From contig NC_042997.1 in NCBI RefSeq assembly GCF_006345805.1, positions 4,092,001-4,156,000 of the forward strand: a stretch of DNA of 64,000 nucleotides. The letters are read 5' to 3'. Below are positions 54,028-64,000 of the stretch, piece by piece. Every line of letters starts with the position of its first letter. The first letter of the stretch is position 1. The notes beneath the pieces were generated by a model, which was given only the letters and a program-made list of their open reading frames with translations, had not been told where the DNA came from and did no database searches. This DNA comes from Octopus sinensis. Taxonomy: Eukaryota. The translations under genes and the position numbers were made by a program.

Positions 54028-54239
54028 CAAATATATACACACACACATTTCTACATATGATAATATTTTCAAGGTATGTATATGAGTGCGTGCGTGTCTA
54101 TGTATTTGCATATGTAATCTTATGTATATTATTTGCGTATATATATAAATATATGTATATGCTTGTGGATGTGTTTATGTATATATATGCGTGTGTGAGT
54201 ATGTGTGCATAGTTTTTCGTTGAAACTATACACACATAT

Positions 54240-54307
54240 TTGCCTAGAGATCACATTGGCGTGAAACTGAGTTTTTCGAGTTTCACGCCAATGTGATCTC
54301 TAGGCAA
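54240..54307. repeat. Perfect 29-bp hairpin with 10-nt loop
   Basis: ttgcctagagatcacattggcgtgaaact-gagtttttcg-agtttcacgccaatgtgatctctaggcaa. Confidence 0.95.
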
Positions 54308-54859
54308 GAACTTCTACAAATGGACAATGATGTATATTAAATGTGTATTTATATCCAGTGTACTACGCCCATGGTTTAGTGCTTGTGTTTGATGGTTAGT
54401 TGGTGTTTAATGATTTGGATTTTAATATGTATTGTTTGTACCTCTTATAATATTGCAGGTGAACGTTCATCTAAATTTGACAGTGAATTGCTGATGGGGT
54501 TATTTCCCTGTGTGTGCATTTACAGCCTTCTATGCATTTACAACATGTAAATGTGCGCGCGCGTCTGAAAGGCTGTTCGTTCCTTTTTTTTACTGAGAAT
54601 ATTTGTTTATGAATGGTTTATTTAAGAATTTAATTAACGACTCATATGTCATTAACAGCTACATACCCAATGAATCGTGCTTTCCGTATCTGCGGAAATT
54701 CATTCGATGGAGTCTTTTGACAGGAAAATACCATCGCCTTTTACAGAATTTTTGTTTTAGCTGTTGTGTGGAAAGATATTTGCGCGTGTTTATGACAGTT
54801 TGTGTTCCATTAAAATTTTGCTTATGACTAGCAAAATAACAGAGAAAGTCATTCTATGT

Positions 54860-56000
54860 TTTTTTTTATGCGCATAGCGACAATATAGTTGCTATTTACA
54901 AAAAAACAAAAGAAGACAGGTGTGTAAACAATAAACAGGTGTGTTAGTTTAACAGTCGGGAAGGTGTCAAAGTATTTTACGTTTCAAGCCTACGCTCTTC
55001 AACAGAAAGGAACATGATAAAATAAACATGAAGAAAAAAAAAAAAGCTTGATGGCTAGCTGTCAATCATGGAGAAGGCCGGACAGAGGTGCTCAGACAGG
55101 AGAGCTAGAAAGAAGGAGACATAATTAAGTATTGGTGATTCCAAAACGAAGGTGCGCGTGCGTGTGTACGTGATAGCGTGTGGTCAGTAGGAAGTGGTCA
55201 GTGCTAGTGTGTGCCGGGTTGTGTGATGTGGCGTGGTGGTGTGCAGTGGTGATGTGTGGTGTGTTGTGTGTTGTAGTGATGTGGTATGGTGATGTGTGGC
55301 ATTTTGAGTTGTGGTGTGGTGTGGTAGTGTTTGGTATGGTGGTGTGGTAGTGTGTGGTATGGTGGTGTGTGGTGTGGTGGTGTGTGGTATTTTGGTGTGT
55401 TGTGTGGTGTTGTGTGACGGGGTGTGGAATGATATCGTGTGGGTGTGGTGGGGTTTTTTGTGTTAGGGTGGGTATGTGGGAGTGGGGTGTGAGAATGGGT
55501 GGTGTATGTGGGGTAAGTTAGGGTGGAATGTGTGGGGTGGTGGGATGGTTGGGTGGGATATGTAGGGGTTGGGTAGCGATGGAAGGGTAACGATAAGGGT
55601 GGAAGGGAGAATGGGGGTAGGAGTGAAGAGTGGCAGTAGGGGTCTGAGCAAACGAGAAGAGAGGCGGCTGGGAATGAAAGAGGAAATAGGTGTGAGAGGA
55701 AGAGTGGAGAGAGGGTTAGTTAGATGAAGAGGGGAGGGGTGTTGACCCCATGTGGCGCAAAGGAACGAAGAAAGAAGAATTATTCGTGTCCACGAGGTAG
55801 AGGGGTTGTTCAGATAGCCCCTGTGCACGGAGAAGCCGAACACAGACAGGTGTTGTAAAGAACGACCGGTAGAGTGGAAATGGCGCGGGACCGGGGTGAT
55901 GTTTCCGAGTCTGATGTCTCGGAGGTGGTCCGGGAACCGGTTAGCCAGATCGCGTCCCATTTGACCAAGAAGAACAGAGAGAGCAGGACATTCAGTAAAT
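54860..56000 (-). mobile_element. 3' end of a second Penelope-like family (GIY-YIG C-terminus, C/A-rich UTR, pLTR with hammerhead-like motif)
   Basis: Minus-strand peptide GQMGRDLANRFPDHLRDIRLGNITPVPRHFHSTGRSLQHLSVFG at ~55700-55990; motif ttt-CTGTTGA-a-gagc-gtag-gctt-GAAAC-GTA-aaa at 54975-55008. Confidence 0.65.
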
Positions 56001-56518
56001 GATGTGGCCAGAAGTGCAGGTGAAGGAGTCAGTGATATGACAGCGTCGATGATGAGTGCTGTTGGAGAGGTAGGAGCAAGTGCGGCAGCGTGAGCGGTAA
56101 ACACACACACAGACGCACTATTACTTAGAAAGTAGAAAGTAATATTCCATCCCACCCAAATCACATTGCAACACTCTAAATGCATACACAGCTCGATCAC
56201 ATATTGCATATTGTTTGCAACAAAAAATAAATACTAAAAGCATTTACTCACAAAACGACATACGTAAAAACGTATGCGTGCCCAGTATTTATGTCTTTAA
56301 TTGAAATCATGCGATACCTATGTGCATTTCAAAATATAAATATACCTGTGAACATTGCAAGACTAAACGTAAGTTTTCATAGATGTATTCCTGACTGTTG
56401 GTGTACGTTTTAATATTATCTTGGGCTGTTTCTGTAGCTGTAGGAACGGAGTCTGTTATTGTTTGTTATCCCGTTATTAATTACCATTACTGTTATTATT
56501 AATATTATTATTATTGTA

Positions 56519-56584
<66 letters not shown>

Positions 56585-56586
<2 letters not shown>

Positions 56587-57979
56587 AAGAGGTAAAAGAG
56601 GATTATCTGGTTTATTGGCCTTAATTTCTCATATCCCAGAGTATGGTTGCTTTCTCGTTTTCTGTAACCTTTTCTGGTGTGTGCCTATACCATCTTTTTT
56701 CTGTTGTTATTCCATAATGTTGACATAGCTTCCAGTGTATGTAGGTTCCAACTCTGTCATGTCTGTGAATATATTCCTTCTTAGCCAGGACTGGGCAGCT
56801 AGAGATAATATGATTTATTGTTTCTTGTCCATCTCCACATATTCTGCAGTTACTTGTTATATTTGTTTTCATTACATGTTTTTGGTAATTTCTGGTGGGG
56901 AGGCTTTGGTCTTGTGCTGCAATAAAAAATTCCTGTCTCTTGGATTTTTCTTTGTCTATTTCTTTTGCGTTTAATTTAGTCCAGTATTTACCATCAAGGG
57001 GCTTTTCTTGCCATCGTTTTAACATGGTTCGTTGCTGTTCTAATTTTAGTTTGGATTTCATTTGTTTTATAGCTTTTGTTGTGTTTTCTTCTTCTTCTTC
57101 TTCTTCTTCTTCTTCTTCTTCTTCTTCTTCTTCTTCTTCTTCTTCTTCTTCTTCTTCTTCTTCTTCTTCTTCTTCTTCTTCTTCTTCTTCTTCTTCTTCT
57201 TCTTCTTCTTCTTCTTCTTCATATTTATTAGGTGCTATGATTTCTTGTTTGTATTTGTCAGCTTCCTTAAATACTGAGAACAGTTTTTTTTGTTTTGCTC
57301 GTGTTTTGCCGCTATTTGAATCAGTTTTCCTTTATTCTGAAGTAGATAATTTTGCAGTCCTATGGTGGTTATTTTATAGTAGTTTTCCAGCTGTACAATG
57401 CCTCTATCACCTTCTATACGTTGTATATATAGTATTTCAATGTCAGATTTTGGTTGATGCATCCTAGATCCTGTCATTATTTTTCTTGTTTTCCTATCTA
57501 TTTTGGTCAGTTCATTTAGTATCCAGTTAAGGATATTGTAGCTGTAACTTATAACTGGCACAGCTAAAGTGTTAATACCTATTATCTTGTTTTTAGCATT
57601 GAGCTCTGCTTTTTGTATTGATTTAACTCGTCTATAATATTCTTTTTTTTATTTTCTCTTTCATTTGTGTGTATTGTGTCTTATCTAGTTCATGGATTTC
57701 TAAGTATTTGTAAGTTTGGCTTTGGTCTAATTCTTTTATTTCATTGGTTTTATCTACTCGTAACTAGTTTTCCTCTTTTCAGGGTTACTTTGGCGCATTT
57801 TTCTAATTCAGATTCCATATCTATTTGTTTGGTAAATCTATGAACTGTCTTTAATAGTGTTTCCAGCTGTTTGTCATTTGCAGTGTATAGTTTTAGGTCA
57901 TCCATATATAAAACGTGGCTGATCTTTTTGCCGTAACATTTATATCCGCATCCAGTTCTATTTAGCATATCAGATAGAG
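56585..57979 (-). mobile_element. R4/Dong-type LINE internal fragment
   Basis: SHVLYMDDLKLY (RT), WQEKPLDGKY, AAQDQSLPTRNY, CRICG...H...C, RHD, ILWDM, KANKPD; truncated at both ends, (ATT)n on the left. Confidence 0.88.
57086..57220. repeat. (TTC)n tract inside the Dong coding region
   Basis: About 45 units; reads as poly-Glu codons on the element strand. Confidence 0.95.
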
Positions 57980-60900
57980 GTGACAGTGACAGTCTTCTTG
58001 GATCCGGAAGGTAAGTTGGTGGTCCTCGACGTCGACGGTAGTGACGGCGGTGCTTTCAGACTGCTGGCTGCCTACGCTCCGACAGGAGCAGGGCAGTCGG
58101 ATTATTTCAAACGTCTGGAAGTTTTCCTGGGAACGTCACGCACTCTAGTACTAGTTGGGGATTGGAACGCTGTCTTAGACGAACGTTTTGATCGGGTGGG
58201 CAGGGGAGCGTCTGATAGGAGAGGGGGAGGGGGCAAGAGCCTCGCCAACCTACTCGGCCGCTTTCAGCTGTCCAACAGGTTTCGACTAGACAACCCGAAT
58301 GTGCCAATGTGGACTTGGACAAACCGCATCGGGTCGTCTAGATCGTACTTAGATAGAGTGTTTTGTAGGCCAGCGGATAAGGACAGCGTAGGGTGTCCAC
58401 AATTCCACCTAGTCGAATATACGGACCACAAATTAGTGATCTGTACGGTCGACTTAGATAGGCTACATAGACAGGGACCCGGCTACTGGAAGCTGAACGC
58501 GTCGTTAACGGCGTGCAAAGCTTACAGAGACCGGATTAGTTTACTAGTTAAGCGGGCGCTCACGGGGGCAATCATCAACAACAACTGGTGGTTTGCCCTC
58601 AAGAGAGCAATTAGAGTAGAGTCGATTAGGTATAGTAAGACTCTAGCTATTGAACGTAGGAAGAGAGAGCGGGATTTAGTTAAGAAACTAGACGAGGCTC
58701 TTGACACTGGCATCGCGACCGACGTGTTGGCGGCAAGGTTGGCCCTCGACCAACACTTCGACGCCAAACACGAAGGCTGCGTTGTCAGACCTAAGGCACG
58801 TTCGCTAAGCGGGGAGGGGACTAGAGCCGCTCGATGGGCCCGCGTGGCGGAGGCGAAGCGAGGCAACAGAGCAACCATTCGGTCTTTGGTGGACCAGAAC
58901 GGGCGCGAGGTTACCCAACCGAAGCAGATGTGTACGGTGCTTCAGCGGCACTTTGCTCAACTGTTTGGACGAGCGGTGGAACGGACACCAACGGTACAGA
59001 CTTCGGTGTGTACCTGGACGGACTGCCGCAACTCTCGGACAGCGAGGCAGAGTGCTGCGAAGGACCGATATCTGCCTGGGAAGTACAGGAAGCGATGAAG
59101 AGTTGCACGAGAGGTAGATCGCCGGGTTTGGATGGTCTGCCCTACGAGCTTTACTTTTCAATGCCAGACTTGTTTGCGGACCTGTTGGCAAACGTCTACT
59201 GCAACTGGCAGCAAAACGGGAGAATTCCTGCTTTTGTCTGTCGAGGGGTGGTGGCTTTGCTAAAGAAGGACCCAAACAAGGGGGACGTTATAGGGAATTT
59301 CCGGCCCATCACTCTGCTCAATGCAGAGTTGAAGATTTTGGCCAAGGTGCTAGCCAAGAGATTGGCGCTTGTCGTGGACAAGCTGGTCGGCGGGACGCAG
59401 ACATGCGCCGTGCCGACCAGGTCGATACACGACAACCTCCATCTCATGCGCTACATCATAGAGAGGGTGGGTAACGACGCTGGCGCTGGTGGGGCTTTGA
59501 TCAACTTGGATCAGAGTAAAGCCTTCGATAGGGTCGACCATCGGTACCTGGCAGCTGTCCTCAAGGCAGCCGGCTTCGGTCCAGTCTTCCGCGGGTGGAT
59601 CGCTGCTTTATACAGCAACATCTGCTCGGTGATACGGGTGAACGGTCACCTTTCGGAACCGTTCGACATCTCGCGTTCGGTCCGCCAAGGATGCCCTCTC
59701 TCCTCCCTCTTGTACATTTTGACTCTCGAGCCATTACTGCGCAAGTTGGAGGCTTTGAGGGGATCCCGCGCGATCTAGGAGGCGGAAACAGTGTGTCTGC
59801 TTATGCCGACGACGTCACCGTGGTGGTGTCGAGCCACAGGCACATTGGCCTGATTGGCGAGACGCTAAACCAGTACGAAGCGGTGACAGGGGCAAAGATT
59901 AACGCGGAAAAGTCTGTGGGCTTGCAACTGGGCACCTGGAGAGGCAAGCCCATGCCGTCCAACAGCGTCGTAGGGCGCTGGACAGACGGACCCGTTAAAC
60001 TGCTCGGGGTCTGGTTCGGTCCGGACCTCCAGGTGGATAAGAACTGGGAAGAGGTGACGAGCAGGGTGGCACGTCTCACCCAGAAATGGGCCGAGAGGAA
60101 GCTGTCCCTGAAAGGTCGAGCGGAGGTGGCGAATGCGTACATCGCATCCGTCATCTATTACCGCTTGACCGTCGTCCCTTGTCCCGACCGCTGGTTGGCC
60201 AAGCTGGTACGCGTGCTCTTCGACTTTTTGTGGAAGGGTCAGGTGCCACTGGTCAGGCGATCCATCTGCTGTCAACGACCGCTGAACGGAGGCCTTGGAA
60301 TGCCGTGGTTGCTGTTGCGCAGACATGCGCTCAAGCTGCGGCATCTCAAGCGCTTCCTAGACGGTGAACAGGTGTGGTCGTCTTTTGTCAGACGCGATTT
60401 TCCGCAGCTCGTCTCTTTGACGGAGCTGCAGACCTGGATCAAACGTAGACCGAGAAAGGGCGCTTGGCCCCTCGAGTGCCGTCAAGCCCTCTCCGCCCTC
60501 CACCAGGCGGGCAATGCGGTCGGTTACAGCTCCACTCTAGCGTTCTATAGAGGGTTAGTGGAGGAAAAATGCGACGACGTTCTCGGGGAACTCTAGGCGT
60601 TGAAGACGACGAACTGAGCGGTCTGTTCGGGAGGACTTTCGGGCCGGGGCCGATGGATAATTTCCAGAGGTCTCTCGCCTGGCAGTGCTACCGAGGGGCT
60701 CTGCCTGTTCGAGATAAACTCTACCGGCACGGAAGTGCCGTCAGCCGGGCCTGCCCGAGGTGTTGCCAGGACGACGAAACCGTTCTGCACGCACTCGTCC
60801 AGTGCCCGAGTATTGCTGAAATATGGGTTTATGTCGAACAGCTACTGTCACGTGTAGGACGGATCCGACTATCGGCCGAATCCATAGTGAAGATTGCCCC

Positions 60901-61447
60901 GCCGACCTCCTTTAACAAGGAGGGCGAGGCCGTTTTCTTGTGCCTTGTGGCTGTGGCGAAAGAAGTCGTGTGGTGGACTCGTTTGAAAGGGCTAAAGTCA
61001 GACACTTTCCTCTTGGTCAAGGCCTCATCAACTTTTTCAAGTTTCACTTGAAAAGGAAGATGAGGTTAGAGAGGAAAGTGCTGTCCGATAGCAAGTTTTA
61101 TGAAAGGTGGGTGAATTGTGCGAGACTGGCCTGTATAAATGGACCAGTTCTCAGGTTTCGCCTGTGATTTCAAAGAAAAAGGTAATGTAAAAGGAGAAGA
61201 AAGGGGACTCTCTACACCCCCTTTTTTTGACCAGGCTCCCGTTGGCTTTTGTAGGGTTTTTTCCACCGGGAACATTTCGAGACGTCTCCCCATTTTGGGA
61301 GTTTTTCATTGTTTTTAATAATCATTGCTTTAAAGTTTTTTACACGGATTTTTTAACAAACGGACAAAACCCTTTGTAACCTTTCGTCCTGTCTTGTCCC
61401 TTTATGTAATCATGCGTGTCAGCCCTTGTGGCCAATAAAAAAGAATT
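57980..61447 (+). mobile_element. Young, 5'-truncated L1/Tx1-type LINE
   Basis: APE endonuclease (AAYAP, VGDWNA, YLDRV, TDHKLV), RT (SPGLDGLP, FRPITLLN, KAFDRVDH, VRQGCPLS, YADD) and CCHC (CPRC...H...C); four frameshifts, no in-frame stops in the reconstruction; 3' UTR ends aataaaaaagaattg before (ATT)n. Confidence 0.92.
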
Positions 61448-61557
<110 letters not shown>

Positions 61558-61922
61558 GTCTCTTCCTAAATCCCTTCCTGCCCACTCTTCTTCGTCTCCT
61601 CCTCCTTCTTCTTATTCTTCTTCCATTCTACGTTCCTCAATTTTCTCAATGACATGAGTACCTAGTTAATTTCGTATTACTAAGCATATCATTGGTGTTC
61701 TTTGACAGTTATGACATTTCTTTAAGCTGAAAATTAATTGACATTTTTGTGGCTTAGCTAGAAGCCAATCTCTAATGAGAAACTATTTAATTTATACACA
61801 GAATTTCCCATCAGAATCGAGAGAAACTCATGAGTGTCGAACAAAAAACGTAGTTGGTAAGAATCATGACACGTATATAAACATATGCACGCACGCACAC
61901 ACTTATGCATTGACATACACAT

Positions 61923-62000
<78 letters not shown>

Positions 62001-62004
<4 letters not shown>

Positions 62005-62650
62005 ACTTATAAATAAGGGCAAATGACAAAATTTATAATGCCAAATGTTCCGAAAAATTGAACATATTGTCCATTACCATATAATTTTCCACAATACCCA
62101 CGCTACTCAAAAAAAGGCTGACAGAAATTTGTAAAAAATGCCATTATTACCATATCGGACCGATTTCAGAGTTAATTCCTAAGAACCCTCCCTTCGTCAG
62201 TGATAAATGTGGCAAAGAAATAAATGAGATACTTACTCATATCTATGGAAGAAGCAAAACACTAAGTCATGAGCACAATTAAGTACCCCAAAAACATCCG
62301 AAATAGAAATACTCCAGCCCATTCAAGACACGTGCAATTTGAACTGAGGCTCTGAGAGAATGAGAGAGTCCGGAAGTGAACACTTAAATTTATATTTCTT
62401 CCATGGGTATGAGTAAGTATCTCATTTATTTCTTTGCCATATTTATCACTGACGAAGGGAGGGTTCTTACGAACTAACCCTGAAATCGGTGCGATATGGT
62501 AATAATGGCATTTTTTAGAAATTTCTGTCGGCTTTTTTTAGGGTAGCATGCCAATTGTGAAAAATTATATGGTAATGGACGATATGTCCAATTTTTCGGT
62601 ATATTTGGCATTAGAAATTTTTTCATTTGCCCTTCTTTATAAGTTGTTTA
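62001..62650. mobile_element. Head-to-head ~250-bp inverted repeat, each arm carrying a hammerhead motif (pLTR-like)
   Basis: Arms ~62001-62252 and ~62398-62650, roughly 85% identical by eye. Motifs: tatca-CTGACGA-aggg...ctct-GAAAT-cg-GTC-cgata (minus, 62153-62205) and ...ccct-GAAAT-cg-GTG-cgata (plus, 62444-62496). Confidence 0.7.
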
Positions 62651-62728
62651 TAATTGTAACCTTTAAAGGTATTTTTTAACATGCTGGCAATTGATAAAAT
62701 TTTTTTGCAAAAATATTTTATCCCACAT

Positions 62729-62768
<40 letters not shown>

Positions 62769-62890
62769 TACCTCACATAAATATATATGTGTACATAGAT
62801 ATATACGAATACATATATGAATATGTATGTAGTTGTATTCATGAACATTTCAATATCAATATTTATATATTGTATATATTTATGGATATA

Positions 62891-64000
62891 CAGGGTGTCC
62901 TTAAAGTTACTATACAGTTATTTGTATTAAAGAAATATGGTTAGACTGAAACGATTTTCACAACATTGATGTATTGCTTCAGAAAATATCGTAACAATAT
63001 AGGCAAGCAAATTCATTCACTATATTTATTATAAATGTTAAAACTGTAAGCTGTTAGCTTCAATGCATTCTCGACAACGTGAAAACATACTGTGACACAT
63101 TTTGGTAAGCAAGTCTGGATCACGATTAGCAAATGCATCATTAAGGAACAGTTGAAGGTCTTCAATACTTCTTGGCTTCCTCTGACTAATAATATTGGTT
63201 TCCTTGGATTACAAACTGTTTGTAAAATTGAGATCTGCGATTAGGATCATTCTCCAGAAGTTCGTGAGTTATGTGAGTAATACAAGGTTTCAATTTGAGT
63301 CTTGTAAGTACGTTATATAGTAATTTTCATTTGATACCAATTTCGGAATTACCACGGCGAGCTGATTTCTTTTGGCTTCTTACATATGCCTCAGCAACCC
63401 TATCATGTTATTGTTTTCAACCTAACTGTAAAGTTACTTTATGTAATTACTGTATATATGAATGTATAGTTACTGTATATATGAATAGCTTTCATTAGAT
63501 TTATCCATATATATAAAGGACGGAAATGAAAGTACGCAGCAAAGTAAAGATACAATTAAATAGGAACGAATACGGGAAAATATCAGGCAAAGAAATCTAT
63601 AGATTGCCACTGTATTCTATTCGCAAGGATTAAAATGCAAAAGTCAAAACTCTTGTAATGCTATTCCCTTGTAATGATAATCTCTTGTAAGGCTATCATT
63701 GCAGTGTTGCAGTACCTGGGGCTCTGTCTTGACGGTAACATTTTTATCTTTGTCAATATGCTACTCTTAGTGAATGTTTTAGTGCCAAACTTGGGTTTTC
63801 CATATGTAGATACTGCACATATATCTAGTCATCGTTCTATGGAGAAGAGTCTTAAATGTTTCAGCCTTTCCCAGTTGCTTACCTGTCGCATTAAGACGAT
63901 ATTCTTTGCGTAGCTTCACGGGACTGCTTTGATTTCCGTGTGGTGATCAAAGATGGGAGCAGTAGACTGAGCAGGCGAGAACGAATTTTCTCTTGAAAAC
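62891..64000 (-). mobile_element. Tc1/mariner relic running off the window edge
   Basis: TIR ta-cagggtgtcc at 62889-62900; minus-strand RKPRSIEDLQLFLNDAFANRDPDLL...SRCRECIEAN near 63050-63190. Confidence 0.65.

Overview
Eukaryotic, AT-rich, microsatellite-saturated DNA. The repeat families and (TA)n/(AAT)n density suggest an octopod cephalopod (inference). I found no convincing host protein-coding exon, so the window reads as intergenic or intronic sequence built from transposons. Contents: a near-complete Penelope-like element (RT + GIY-YIG, pseudo-LTRs, inverted 5' tail) at 14465-18413; two R4/Dong-type RLE LINE fragments bordered by (AAT)n; two L1/Tx1-type LINEs; a CR1-like LINE; several Tc1/mariner relics; a Helentron/DINE-like element; and several SINE families. 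The main signal is a set of eight type I hammerhead-ribozyme motifs from five unrelated repeat families (18.1, 18.9, 31.9, 34.2, 50.5, 50.7 and 62.2/62.4 kb, plus a further variant at 55.0 kb). Several sit in head-to-head fold-back structures whose 3' ends abut (TA)n tracts. One is a non-coding, terminally redundant 452-nt unit at 34087-34695 that looks like a retrozyme. All alignments and folds were done by eye.
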